Assembly (NCBI GenBank): GCA_977862235.1
Contig: OZ374564.1
Location: forward strand, 496,001 to 560,000
Direction: 5' to 3'
DNA length: 64,000 nt
Source of the DNA: Dudresnaya verticillata
Lineage: Eukaryota
In this document: piece by piece, positions 1 to 12,618 of the stretch
Layout: each line of letters opens with the position of its first letter
Numbering within the stretch: the stretch's first letter is position 1
Notes under the pieces: generated by a model
Seen by the model: only the letters and a program-made list of their open reading frames with translations
What the model was told of the DNA's origin: nothing
The model's database searches: none
Made by a program: the position numbers and the translations under genes

Positions 1-322
1 TGCACCCGCAACGCCCTCCAGCTATCATACTGTGCCGTCGCGCTCGATGGACACTGCGCCCAACGCGCGCGCGCCCGTCCAAGTCACCGCCCATCATGTC
101 AACGCGCGATGCCAGAGTCTGTGCAACAGCGCTCACGCTTCGTTCTGCCCGGCCACAGCGCAGCGCCGCGCGGCAGCCGTGCAGCTCGAGGCCGACAAAG
201 GGAGGGTAGCGAGCAGCGCATGCAGCGCCTGCGTCGCCCCTTCTTCGAGGGCTAGATACCTTGCAGGCTTTTGCGGCCGCAGGGGTACACACACTCGCTA
301 GTGCTTCCAGCTGTGCACTGTG

Positions 323-326
323 CACG

Positions 327-375
<49 letters not shown>

Positions 376-381
376 ACGCAC
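323..381. repeat. (CA)n microsatellite with degenerate CACG flanks
   Basis: Pure CA run 331-365, flanked by cacg/cacacg units. Confidence 0.95.
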
Positions 382-489
382 GCGCCCGCGCGCCGTGCAC
401 GGCGCGCCACCACTCGCTTTCTCACCGCGCTACAAAATTGTACACAGCCACACCAAAGCCGCGCGAGCAACTCCGCCGCGCAGACACGG

Positions 490-760
490 CCGGGCGCGGC
501 GCGGCGCGGCGCGGCGCGCAATAACAGCACGCGGCGCGGCGCGCAATAACAGCACGCGACGCGGCGATATCGCGCGCGCGCGCCAAAAAAGGCCGGCGCA
601 AGGCGCGCGCCGCGCTACAACGCGCGCCGCGCAAGCCACCGCGCGCGCGCGTGCGCAAACCGCGCAAAAAAGCGCCCCGGTAAACACGGCCCGACTCGCG
701 ACACGCATATACGCCATATACGCCGCGGCGCGCCGTCCGAGACCGCGCCCGGTATAAACC
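490..760 (+). promoter_or_regulatory. GC-rich putative promoter of the zinc-finger gene, with TATA box
   Basis: (GCGCG)n runs and two tandem copies of gcggcgcgcaataacagcacgcg; TATAAA at 753-758, about 95 nt before the ATG at 852, which lies in a GCCGCCATGG context. Confidence 0.5.
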
Positions 761-851
761 CGCCCCGCCGCCGCATCCGCGCCTCCTGCCGCCAGCCCCC
801 GCCCGGCCCGCCGCAACCCCCGCCGCCGCAGCCGCTGCCGCCGCCGCCGCC

Positions 852-2063
852 ATGGACTTCTTCCGCCCCACCGCCGCCGCCGCGCACGCCGCGCACGCCG
901 CGCACGCCGCCACCTCCGCCACCTCCGCCGCCGCCGCCGCGCCCGCCGCGGCAGACACCATCACCTCGCTCATGCACATGGCGGACAACATGGAGGCCCT
1001 GCTCCCGCCCGACTGCGACATCACATCGCACCTGCACCTGCACCTGCCGCCGCCGCCGCCGCCGCCATCGTCGTCATGCGCAGATGTGCGGCCCTGCTCG
1101 CCGCCGCAGTCGCCCGCGTCATCGCCCCCACCTCCGCCTCCACCTCCGCCTCCGCCACCACCACCACCACCACCGCCGCCGCCGCGCGTGGACGACGACG
1201 CCGCGCTGGACGCGCTGTCGTGCGTCACGGGCGCCACCGTATCGGACGCCCCGCTCAAGCCGCAGCCCGAGCCGGACCCGCTCGACCTGTCGCTGGCCCC
1301 GCCGCCGCACCTAGGCCCGCACCTGCACCACCCCGCCTTCCGCGCACCGCCCCCGCAACTGCACAACTACCCGCACTCTCTCGAGCTCCACCTGGGCGCC
1401 TGCTCCGCCCCGGTCGCCCCGCCCGCCGCCTGCCCGCCCGCCTCCACCACCTCCCCGTGCGCCGTGCGCGACCTGGACCTGTCCGTCCCGCCGCCGCCGC
1501 CTGCACCCGCCGCCATCGCCGCCTTGTCCCCATCCCCGCCACAGCAACACCACGCCCACGCCCACTCTCACCAACCGACCGTACGCCCGCTCAAGCCGCG
1601 CAAGACCGCGCGCAAGCCCAAGACATACTCCAAGCCGGTGGCGTCGCGCTTCTGCCACATCTGCTCGCGCATGCCGCGCCGCGGCCAGGGCTCGGCCACG
1701 TGCCGCCGCATGGCCGAGGGCTTCTGCCGCAAGATCGTGTGCGAGCAGTGCCTGCGCGAGCACGGCTGGGACTATGACCGCATCGCCGCCGCGCCCGAGT
1801 CGTGGCTATGTCCGCACTGCGCAGAGATCTGCCCGCCGCGCAGCCAGTGCCACATCTATAACCGTATCAACGCCCGGCGGAAGAGAAACAGCCCAAAGGC
1901 TGCCTCGCAGGCCGCCAGCGTCGCCGCCGCGCTCGCATCATCCGATGTGCTTCTGGGTCCATATGGACATCTGTTCAACTCGACGCAGGCCGCCGCGCCG
2001 CAGATTTTGCAACCGCCACCCAACTTTAGGCTCAACCTGCCACCGCACTACTCGCAACAGTAG
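852..2063 (+). CDS. Pro/Ala-rich protein with a C-terminal Cys-rich zinc-finger (zf-4CXXC_R1-like); probable chromatin or transcription regulator
   Basis: 403-aa ORF with FCHICSR...TC...FCRKIVCEQC...WLCPHC...CP...QC followed by basic RRKR (NLS-like); low-complexity N-terminus. Confidence 0.8.
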   Translation: MDFFRPTAAAAHAAHAAHAATSATSAAAAAPAAADTITSLMHMADNMEALLPPDCDITSHLHLHLPPPPPPPSSSCADVRPCSPPQSPASSPPPPPPPPPPPPPPPPPPPPRVDDDAALDALSCVTGATVSDAPLKPQPEPDPLDLSLAPPPHLGPHLHHPAFRAPPPQLHNYPHSLELHLGACSAPVAPPAACPPASTTSPCAVRDLDLSVPPPPPAPAAIAALSPSPPQQHHAHAHSHQPTVRPLKPRKTARKPKTYSKPVASRFCHICSRMPRRGQGSATCRRMAEGFCRKIVCEQCLREHGWDYDRIAAAPESWLCPHCAEICPPRSQCHIYNRINARRKRNSPKAASQAASVAAALASSDVLLGPYGHLFNSTQAAAPQILQPPPNFRLNLPPHYSQQ

Positions 2064-2307
2064 CAGTACGCGTGTGCTAAACAAAAAAGGAAAAAAAAGT
2101 GTGTACGCGAAAGGAAAAAGAACGGGTGGGGGCCGTGTTTGACGAGGTTTGTTTGTATAGACTGTTGTTTGTCGTCGTTTCCATGTCTTGTTTTATAAAG
2201 TTTGGTAGACAGACTTTCTGTGTGTCCGTGTTTATACGTACCATTATGTGTATGTGTCTGTGTATACGCGAGTATGTCGCGGATGCTTTTGCCATTATTC
2301 TGATTCT

Positions 2308-2308
<1 letters not shown>

Positions 2309-2354
<46 letters not shown>
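2309..2354. repeat. (CT)n microsatellite
   Basis: Uninterrupted CT run. Confidence 0.95.
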
Positions 2355-2356
<2 letters not shown>

Positions 2357-4230
2357 GAGAGGGAGGGAAGGACGCAGTCGGGAAGAACTGGACTGCAGCG
2401 TGCGTGCGTAATCTCTACTAGGCTATGACGATTGCTTAGGATGGTGGTTCTGGTGTGTGGGGCAAGGTCCAGGTCGCAAGGTTCAGGTCGCAAAAAGTGA
2501 ATTCTGAATGGCCACGGCAAGCGCTTGGCGGAGTGCAGATTCAGTTTCGCAGTGTGTGATTTCTCGTCAATGTCAACGCCCAAACAGGCAGGCAGGCAGG
2601 CAGGGCGTTGGTGCGGCAGAAAAAAAAAAAGATCTCGGCGGGCGACGGCGAGTTGCTGATGAGCAACAGCAGAGATGCCAGCACAACTGTTGTTGCAGAT
2701 CTCGAGGCGGGCGTGTGTGTCCACACGAGTGAGAGGGAGAGTGCAGGAGGGCTTGTGCGGCGGCATTGGGGCAGCGTTCACGTGATGCACCACGCGAGGT
2801 GCGTTTCCGGTCTTGACAGAATGCCGGCGACCACGGGTCGAGGTGCGAGCACCGCGCGCACGCACCGGTGACAGCTACAGGTCGGGTGTCATCGTCGCGG
2901 CACGGGTTACGGGTCAAGGGAGGGGGCTTGACATCACCGGGCGCGACAAAGAGATTGGGGGGTGCGAGCGACTGGTGTTTCGGCGTGGGCGTGAGTGTGG
3001 ACCTGGCGACTTTGCTTTCCAGGCTGGAACGGCGAGGTGTTTTCAGTGTGTGTGCGCGAAAAGCGGACAGGGAGGGTGTAATCTACAGAGGGGGTGGCTG
3101 CTGTTACAGGCGCGGCGCGACGCGGCGGACACGCCAAAGTCGCCAGGACCGGGACCGGTTTCGAATTCGCGGCGCGGCGCGCGGGCGTGTTGGCGCGGCG
3201 CGATTAAAGCTGCTGCGCACCGCGGAGGCGCGTGCATACATAGAGCATAATAACAAACCAACTGCGCGAAAGCCTAAAAACGCCGCGCATCGCGACTCCC
3301 ACGCCTCTTCGCGCCGCGCGCAGCCGCGGGACGAGCCGGGCGGCTGCTGCTGCGGCGGCAGGGCGCGCTGCGTGCGCCGCGCGCGCGCGGCGGTGGGGAG
3401 GCAATTGCGACGGCGCTTGAATAAACGCGCGCGCTGCGGCGGAGCAGGGAGCGGCGCTTTTTACCGCGTGCTTCCATTTTTCCCCTTTCCCGCGACAAGC
3501 GCGGAGACGCCGCTCCGAGCATCTCTCGGCCGCCGACACGACGGCTGCGCTTCGCGGCGCGGATGGGAACAGCCACAGCCGCGCCGCGTGAAGCGCGATG
3601 CGGGGACATGCTGCGAGCGCTGCGCGTCGACGCCATTGCGAATTACGCAGCCTCCGTCGTAATTACCGCGCCGCGCACAATTACGGGGCGCGTGCACCGC
3701 GGGTGCACGTCGCGCACCCCGCCGACCTCCAGCGCGCTCCAGCACGGCCCCGTCGCGCGTGTCCACGTGTGCTACGCGGCGGCGCGCGGTTGGCCGCCGG
3801 TCGGGCCTGCGTTTCTCCGCGGAGCGACCTGTCACAAGCGCTGCCGTGGCCGTTTCGCTCCGCTGACGAGCGCGTTTCTACGCAAATCTCAAAGCACTGA
3901 AGGGCCCGCAGCGTTGTCGGACAATCGTTGCCCTCCTTGTCCTCAGCAACGCCTCGTCAGCGTGCGCATCGGCGTCAGCCGCCCGACGCCCCGAGAAACT
4001 CCCCTTTTCGCTCCCGCCGCGCCGCCGATTCCCGCACAGTCCGCGCGTGCAGAGCCGCCTAGGCGATACATTAACCCTCGCGATCCAGCTCCGCCTGCCT
4101 ACCAGACCGTCCGCCAACCACCTGCACAACGTCACCGCCGTCTCCACCAACGCACCTACCACCACCACCACCACCACCCCCGTCCCCATCCCCATCCCCA
4201 TCTCCGCAGTCCACGCCCTGCACCCACACA

Positions 4231-5697
4231 ATGCCGACACCCACTGCAGACATCGGCCTAATCGGCTTGGCCGTAATGGGTCAGAACCTCGTCCTCAACA
4301 TGAACGACCACGACTTTGTCGTAGCCGTGTTCAACCGCACCGTGTCCAAGGTCGACGCCTTCCTGTCCAATGAAGCCAAGGGCACCAAAATAATCGGCGC
4401 CCACTCCGTCAAGGAGCTGTGCGCACACCTCAAGCGCCCGCGCCGCGTCATGCTTCTCGTCAAGGCCGGCCCGGCTGTCGACGCCTTTATCGAACAGCTC
4501 ATCCCCCATCTGCAACCGGGCGACATCATCATCGACGGCGGCAACTCCCACTACCCGGACACCCAGCGCCGCACCCGCTACGTCGAGGAGAAGGGCCTGC
4601 TATATGTCGGGTCGGGCGTATCTGGCGGTGAGGAAGGCGCGCGTCACGGTCCAAGCCTAATGCCGGGCGGCTCGCCAGCCGCATGGGAAGCCATCAAACC
4701 CATCTTCCAAAGCGTCGCGGCCAAGTCTGACGGTGAACCATGCTGCGACTGGGTCGGCGGAGACGCCTCCGGTCACTACGTCAAAATGGTCCACAACGGC
4801 ATCGAGTATGGCGACATGCAGCTCATCTGCGAGGCCTACGCCCTCATGAAGCACGTCCTGCGCATGACCCCCGACGAGTGTGCCGACGTATTCGCCGAGT
4901 GGAACAAGGGCGAGTTGGACAGTTATCTCATCGAGATCACTGCCAACATCCTCCGCTTTAAGGATGACCGCGCTGATGATGACGCCCCCCTCGTCGACCG
5001 CATCGTCGACCGAGCCATGCAGAAGGGCACGGGCAAGTGGACCGTGCAGTCGTCTTTGGACGTCGCTGTTCCCGTCACCCTGATCTCTGAGGCCGTGTTC
5101 GCGCGCACCCTCTCGTCAATGAAGGAGGAGCGAGTTATCGCTGCAAAGTCGCTGCGCGGGCCGGACGACCTCCCCGCACCGGAAGACCGCGCCACTGTTC
5201 TCGAGGCCATCCGGCAAGCCTTGTATGCGTCGAAGATCGTATCGTACGCGCAAGGGTACATGCTGCTCCGCGCTGCAGCAAAGGAGAACTCTTGGGAGCT
5301 CAACTATGCTGGAATCGCGCTTATGTGGCGTGGCGGGTGCATTATCCGGTCGCGCTTCCTCGGAAACATTCGCGACGCTTACACGAAGAACTCGGACCTG
5401 ACTAATCTGCTGCTGGACGACTTTTTCAAGGACGCTGTGCACAAGGCGCAGGACGGGTGGAGGAAGACGATCTGCCTTGCAGCAACGAATGGCGTGCCTG
5501 TACCAACGTTTATGACGGCGCTCGCGTTTTATGATGGGTACCGTGCGGCGGTGTTGCCCGCCAACTTGCTACAGGCGCAAAGAGACTACTTTGGGGCACA
5601 TACTTACGAACGGACGGATAAGCCGAAGGGAGAATTCTTCCACTCGGACTGGACAGGGGAGGGTGGCAATGTCACTAGCAACGCTTACAACGCGTAA
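4231..5697 (+). CDS. gnd: 6-phosphogluconate dehydrogenase, decarboxylating (no transit peptide, probably cytosolic)
   Basis: IGLIGLAVMGQNL, IIDGGNS, GVSGGEEGARHGPSLMPGG, GHYVKMVHNGIEYGDMQ, LWRGGCIIRS-type motif (MWRGGCIIRS), QAQRDYFGAHTY; intronless, 488 aa. Confidence 0.99.
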   Translation: MPTPTADIGLIGLAVMGQNLVLNMNDHDFVVAVFNRTVSKVDAFLSNEAKGTKIIGAHSVKELCAHLKRPRRVMLLVKAGPAVDAFIEQLIPHLQPGDIIIDGGNSHYPDTQRRTRYVEEKGLLYVGSGVSGGEEGARHGPSLMPGGSPAAWEAIKPIFQSVAAKSDGEPCCDWVGGDASGHYVKMVHNGIEYGDMQLICEAYALMKHVLRMTPDECADVFAEWNKGELDSYLIEITANILRFKDDRADDDAPLVDRIVDRAMQKGTGKWTVQSSLDVAVPVTLISEAVFARTLSSMKEERVIAAKSLRGPDDLPAPEDRATVLEAIRQALYASKIVSYAQGYMLLRAAAKENSWELNYAGIALMWRGGCIIRSRFLGNIRDAYTKNSDLTNLLLDDFFKDAVHKAQDGWRKTICLAATNGVPVPTFMTALAFYDGYRAAVLPANLLQAQRDYFGAHTYERTDKPKGEFFHSDWTGEGGNVTSNAYNA

Positions 5698-8093
5698 CGA
5701 CAGGAGCGTTTTGAGTGTGTAGGTTTCTGAAAGAGCATCGCCCGCGTCTCCGCGAAGACGGGCTATATCTTGCGGTACACGGACAAGAGATATGCGCTTT
5801 CTGATCTTTTCGCTGCTCGCATGAGTAGAGTGTTGAATGGTGCAAAGGTATGCTAGTTCAAAAACGTATTGAGGCCCAGAGGCCTCGTCAGGAATAAAGT
5901 TGGTGAGCATCTCATGAGCAGACCCCAGTGTTCTCTAGGTACAGCATTGTGTTTGCATATTTCGCTCGTACGGCTGCCTAGTCGTCGTCACACGTACAGC
6001 ATCTTTCAAACCCATACAGGGGTGGTGTCATAGCTTGAGAATCATGTCTGTAGCAGAGTCATCAAGCTGTCTCTCAGGAACTCACCGGCCGTCAAGAATA
6101 CCTTCGTTATGGTGGAGCGAATGCAACTGAAGATACTTGCATGCCGCTTCTGCCGCCTATTGGGCAATACTGCCCCAGTTACCCTCTGCATTCCAGCCGC
6201 TGCATTTGACCATGATGGCTGCTCAACACAGTTGGGATCACGATTCCGACCTAGCTGTTCATTGATCGCCTTTGCCCCCTCTAGTACAGACCGTTACGGC
6301 CGCAACAGCCCATGGTAACCTTTCCTAATTGTGGAGAGCACGTAGGAGAAGAGTCCTCGCCACCTGCAGCCCTCTGTAACTCATGGACTATTGAAAGTGT
6401 CTGTACTACCTCTACTGGATTCCGACTGTCAAGTTGGCACGGCCCCCACAGGCACTAATCGTATCTTACCTTGATCGGGGTTCTTGCGCATCTCAGGTGG
6501 ACTGGATCGCATGGTAGATTACGGGTGTAAATACAGTATGTGCATAGGTTTCGCAGCAGCCACAAAATTACGAGGTGTGGCCTTCTTTGACTTGCTGAGC
6601 ATGCGCAAGTAGATCAATGCCATAGACGCCGACTTCCATTTTTACTCGGTCATCTTAGAACGCAGCACTTATAGTATCGTATATAGGCGCTCTGGCTGTC
6701 CTTGCGCTAGTCGCACTTACTAGCTGCCTAGCTTAGGTAGTTCTTCCAAATACTTACCGTCGCATGCTACCCAGCGCTAGGCCCAAAAAAGCATATTAAA
6801 TCAACACACACGTGCATGCGACCCACAGTCCATTACAAAATGCAATACCGCCTCCAAATTGGGAGCACCATCCTGAGTACAGCTCGTCCAGCTCCCGGTT
6901 AGATAGGTCGAGGCTATAGGTACTTTCTGCTTGGAGAAAAGCTGGTACAATCTACAACCTATTCAATCTGTTGTTGCCGTTGATCCTGGTGATACAAGGC
7001 TTTTGTGAGATCCACACACATGCCGGTCTTGGTACAGGATTTGACTTTTTATTTCGTTCTTGCATGACATCTTCTCTGTATGGGGATGCGCTTTAAAACT
7101 CTGTCCCTGAGCACGACCTAAAAGAGCTTCGCCACGCCTACGCACTCTGCTCTCAATTCTAACCACTGCGGAAGGGAAGCAAATTGAGGGATATATGAAA
7201 GGGAAGTGCGCAATAGCTTGGTGAGTCACAGTCTACTACAACGGTGCTCTCCAGAATCCCAATGAAAAGCTCTTTTTCCAAAGCCCCCCAATGAGTCATA
7301 GGTTACGCTAGGGCAGCTGCTCTAGAACATATAATAGAGAATAAGCAAGAGTTGTTCTTAGAATATGGAAGCCCAGAAATAGTTGGCCGGTCTGGAGGGG
7401 TAGAAGTCATAATCGACATGAACAACGATTATCTTTCTTCTAGCAATTTAGCACCCCATTGCTTGGAAAATGATTTCAACCCACCCCGATCCTACATCCC
7501 TTGATCCTGTTGCCACCCAACCAGCTATTTGCAGGACCGAGACCTAGAAATTGTCATTTTGTTATTTCCATTTGTGTTCTGTATCGAACTTAACAATTCT
7601 AGGGCAGCAAACTTCTGCTTAAAGACTCTGAAGTTAAGGTCCATGGGAAAGAGCAGCTATTTCCCGTCTCTTACAAGGTCTGAAGGGATGAATTGTTACT
7701 ATTGAGCTGATACCTGAGTCTAATTTTGTTAACCACAGTTCAGTGGTTTTGTGAAGATTATTACCGAACCTGGGCATAGCTTCGATATAGATTTAAGGTT
7801 GTCTGAGTGATTCTGCAGGTCTTGGCAAAATAATTTCTCGGCAGGAGGCTCGTAAAAAGCTTACCTAACCAAGACCACTCTGAAGTCTATCTTCGAGAGG
7901 TAGGCAGAAGAGGTCGGTACCTCAATCCTCAAATGAAGTTTACTCTCACGGATTATGATGGCACTGCTATTCGCAAGTCCAGAGCAGCAGTAAGAATAGG
8001 TACCGTGGCAGGACACAGCAGTGGACAATAAGAAGTCCTCAATACAGTAGTATGTTGCACTGATGAGGCCTGAGCATTTCGCAATTAACCATT

Positions 8094-8459
8094 CTACTTG
8101 CACCCACAAAGACGACCAGTCGTGCCGTAGACGGAACCCCCGCGCATGCGTAGGACTACGCGAACTCTGTTAATAACACCAGTGTAGAGCGGCGGGACCG
8201 GCCCGCAGATAATGCTGAACCTGTCCTTGATGAGGCCATGGCAACGGCACGAGTAGCGGCAAAGCTCGTTGGAGAAGCATCGAGCGACAACGGACCCACT
8301 CTTGTTACGAATTTGGCATCCACGTCTGAGGAATACAGGCAGCGGAACTTTACTTGACGGTTCTTCAATGGCACCAGAGTTTTCTGCAGTTGCTGCAGCG
8401 AAGGCAGTGACGGTAATTCCGGCAATGAGCATAAACTTGACAAAGATGAGAGAGTTCAT
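8094..8459 (-). CDS. Small secreted Cys-rich, cationic prepropeptide
   Basis: 121-aa ORF: hydrophobic signal peptide ending AFAAATA, short spacer, dibasic RR, then a basic segment with 8 Cys. Confidence 0.65.
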   Translation of the reverse strand: MNSLIFVKFMLIAGITVTAFAAATAENSGAIEEPSSKVPLPVFLRRGCQIRNKSGSVVARCFSNELCRYSCRCHGLIKDRFSIICGPVPPLYTGVINRVRVVLRMRGGSVYGTTGRLCGCK

Positions 8460-11400
8460 TCTGAAGAAAAGAAGAAGTAAAAAAGTGATGCTCTAGAGCC
8501 TGCCTTGAAGTGGATCTTGGGAAGTGAGATGAATACAGGGCAGAAGTTCCGAGCAAAGGGTTGGCTATTTAGACAGTTCTGGAACCCGCACTGGCTGCTG
8601 TTCCGCGTGTGCGGCGTAGCTAGTATGTTCTACGTGGCGAGTCTAAAGACCTGCTAGCACTGACGAAGTACGCTACACCTGGTGGCAAGCTTTTGGCGGC
8701 TTGTTCTCGCAGCAATGGCTTCGCTGCTTCTTCAGAGGCACTTGACTAGCAACTAGGGATAGCTACACAAGACGCTCATTAGAGCTGGGTGCGATTTGAA
8801 CAAGGAAGCTGAATAGAAATGAAGGCCTAAGAGCGGCCCTCCAGAGATGCTGCTGCTGCACGAGATACAAATTCCTCATCAACCGGCTCGAATCAGGGAA
8901 ACGTTGCGCTATTTGGCATGGTTAGGTGAACGTACGCGGTCAGCTTCGTTGACATTCCTTCCTCGAGTTGGCAGCTGTAGCAAAGCAACAAAGCTCGCAT
9001 CTCTCGGCTCTGTGTGTTTTGTCTCCCACGTGTGGCGAAGAAGCATAGTAACATGTTACGTCTCGCACTGTCGACACGCGCTTACGGCCAAAGTCACTTC
9101 CCATGCTGACAACCGCAAGCAATGGGAACAACAACACCGAGGAACTCTTGGTGGGACACAGCACGCCTCCACAATGCCTCGTGTTCAAAATTCTGATTTT
9201 AACAATGCGCAGTGGATGGTCGGCGACAAGACAGCTATCAAAATGCGGCTTTTACTGTACTCAATTCCCAATCCAGCAATGTGTTCATTGCGGACTGGTG
9301 GATCAGCCCAGAACAAGAGTGTCCGTTGCCAAGTCTACCAGTGTCAAAGATTGCTGCTCGAAATCTCGCACGCAGAGACCAAGTACTAACCAAAAGTTAT
9401 CAACAGGCTCAGCAGCCTCTGTACCTTAGAGATGCGGCATTATCTGGAACAACGGCTGTACGCTCACATACCTTTAGTCTCCCAAGCAGTCTTTGGCAGG
9501 AAGTCAAATCGCCCGTAAAAGTACAGTACAGTATCCCTACGACCACAGTCAGGAGCATCTTACAGATATCCAATACAGCTCGTGATATTGGAAAGAGCAT
9601 GTGGTACGAGTATTGGAATTTATTCTACACCAACATATCTCTGCAATCTCAACCTTCTTGTTAGAGCCTTTTAATTGTATAGATGTATAGGGGCTTTAGT
9701 TTCTAGCCCAGGTTCGCCTTAAACTGCACAAATCGAAACAACAGCATAAATCTCTTCACAGACAAAGTCCCAATGCAAGAAATTACATTAAGGGGACCCA
9801 ACGCGCTTCCGGGTCGTTCTATTACTGAACCGTGTTTCTCTCAAAAGTTTCCTTTCTTTCTACTATCTGTGCTTGGAAAACAAAATGATTACAAGTCATT
9901 AATTGCAAACATGGACTGTTAATGTGACCCTATGCATAAAAAGAGTTCTTATACAGTACATAAAGAGATTATCGGCCGTAATTAACTCTGCGTGCCTACT
10001 GTATTAGTGCATATTAAGTCCCCTTAAGGGGCTTACTCTCAAATTTGAGAAGAAAGAGATGTTTGCATACTGTATCTATAACCTTCAGAGTATTATACGG
10101 AAATAGTTTTCACAGTTGGGTACAGTACTTTCAAAAGCCAATGACATACAGTCAGAATCTACGTTTTCATGCGCAGAAGGTTCCGTAGGGAAGAGATGTA
10201 CAGTAATGTGATATGCAGTCATGATCCAGAAGCTTCACCCTGCTTCTGGATCCTCTTTGCTTGGAACCCGTACAACACAGATCCAAGCTTAGAAAAAAAT
10301 TGTGTCGATTACAACGGCTGATTGTTCTGGAATATTCCTGGTAAGCTAACGCTGTAGGGCAACAAATCCATAAAGAAATTCTTCAAGGCAACATATCCAG
10401 GTAGGTAACGTGCCAGTGTTTTAGACAGAAATTCAGAAATGGAAAAGAAGTCTTGAGGTGTTTTCGATAAGGTCTTCCTGTTGACTTGGTGGAAACTTGC
10501 CGGAACAATTCTGATGCCGCGTGATCATTGTTGACAATCATCCGATCATTTAGTCCTCGAGACGAAGCGCCTGCCTTGATCTCTGAGAGGTGGTTGTCTT
10601 ATTCGATACATGAAGGAGACAACAAATTTGTCGACAAACGCACAGAGACAACGGACGATCACTCTTAGCAGGACTAGTGTGGATTCTATACTCTTTGTGA
10701 ATAAACCTTCCAAACTCGTTAAACAGGAGCGCAGGCTGTTGGAAAACAAACGACGTTGTATTTTCACATGTGGAAACAGAATTGGGAAACTGCAATTCTA
10801 GAGTCCACTCTTGACTCTACGAATTCATATCCTGTGCAATTTTGTTCCGATTTATGGAAGTCCAACAGAAATGCAGCCCGCAAAAGTGTCGTTGTAATGT
10901 CTCACGGAGAAATCTTTTTTGTAATGTACTCGACATTTTCGATGGTCCGTCATTGCTCCATGACAAAGGCAGTGACAGCTTTTGAGCGTGATAAGGAAGA
11001 GGACCGTCACTACGTGCCAGATCTCGACAAAAACTCGATTCATGAATATATCTTTGCGGTGTAGACGGTTAGCTTATGGTGTTGAGCCAGTGACTTTAAA
11101 AGCCCTTTGATGTTGTAAAAACCGCTTCAATACTATGCCAGGGAAAGAAAACGCACAGAATTCCACAGCAGAAGAGACGATACTTGAAACAGAATCTAAT
11201 AATCATCACTGCCTAGTTGTCCGCTACCTTCTGAAATAAAAAAACGTTGTCAGATATCTAATCTGAGGTATTCAGGAGCCACGGCTTCCCTCATCATCAC
11301 CACTTCGACAACGGCCCGACCCTCGGAAACGTATCGCTTCTCGTCGTGATACTGTGAATCTGACTTGTAGCTGGCTTTCGTATCGATTGGGCATGTCTCT

Positions 11401-12618
11401 TTAGATCCCTTCAAATGGTGCAACATACTTCTCGTAGTATCCAAACCTGAGCTGTAGCTAGCACGTTCTTTATCCTCAATTATAGTACATCTTGCTGTCG
11501 TGGCTCTACGAAGAAGGACATTATTAATAGAGCTTTGGGCTACAGTTTCGGAGAATCAGAAACTCTGTGAGAGATTCTTTTTTTTTCAAGAATAATGGGG
11601 CACCGATGCAATACCATGCACTGTGAAAGGCTGTGTAGATACCTACTGAAGATAGGGTCTTAAGTAAGGAGCATCACAGCCCTACATCAAGCACCGCCAC
11701 AAGGAAGCAGCAATAGCTTAGTGGTTTCTTTTTGTTTTGTTCGCCATGGAGGTTGTAGGATCTGGTCCCGCGGGCGCGTTCTCATGCAAAGCTGGAGAGT
11801 AGTCTACATCTGAAACCCATTGTGTTGGCAACATGATGTAAGCTAAATCAAGTAACCCTTTAGCGTCTAGAATCTGTATCTAGAACCTAGAAATTCATTT
11901 CTGAGGAGGTTTAGGCACAGTGCGAAGAGCAGAACACTTCATTCTTCAAGAACCCCCAGCGGGTGTAAAGGGAACATGTGGTTCATTGAGGATCATTAGG
12001 CGAGATCTTAGTGCATTACGCAGCATTTCTTTCGCAGCAGTTCAGCAGTGCATCTGTTTTGCAAACGGTTTGCATATATGTATGGCAAACTTTTACTATC
12101 ATAGTACGGCGGACAAATAATGGCTTTCGAGAGTCGGTGCAGCTGCTACACTGCAGCATTTGTAATTATACAGTTTCTGCAGATGTTTCCCACCAGCCGC
12201 AGGGTGCGAAGACGAAGATTCAGGTGGATTGGATCATAATGGGATGTGCATCACAGTGCGACGTCTTCGATTTTTCTGGAGCAGTGTCAAATAACAGCTT
12301 GGGGTAATGCAGCAATTGATGAAAGTGTTCTCAATCGGGAACAAGAATGAAATTCGGTTACAACACATGCGCTGGCGCGGCTTTATGCTCCTGTCGCAAG
12401 GCGGCATCTTCAGGGAAAATAGAGCGTTATTACGACGAATCTTCACCACTGCTGACGCAGTGCTTGGCACACCAATCTTATGAGCATTTGTTCACAACTA
12501 GCAGTCATGAGACAGTGAAGGAAAGGTCGAGTCTGTGCTAGTCATGTAGAACGCGATGCGATTTGGGAAGCGGCACATCCTCCACGATACCGCGACATGT
12601 GTTCTTGAGATCGACTTC

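Noticed and set aside
32..4230. Many overlapping ORFs around the zinc-finger gene and upstream of gnd
   Set aside because: Expected from very high GC content and microsatellites; translations are low-complexity Arg/Ala/Gly.
10223..10252. 11-bp stem hairpin gatccagaagc/gcttctggatc
   Set aside because: Isolated, with no supporting context in a eukaryotic intergenic region.
8800..12500. Short ORFs and possible decayed gene or TE remnants
   Set aside because: No recognisable motifs and many stops; cannot be assigned by eye.
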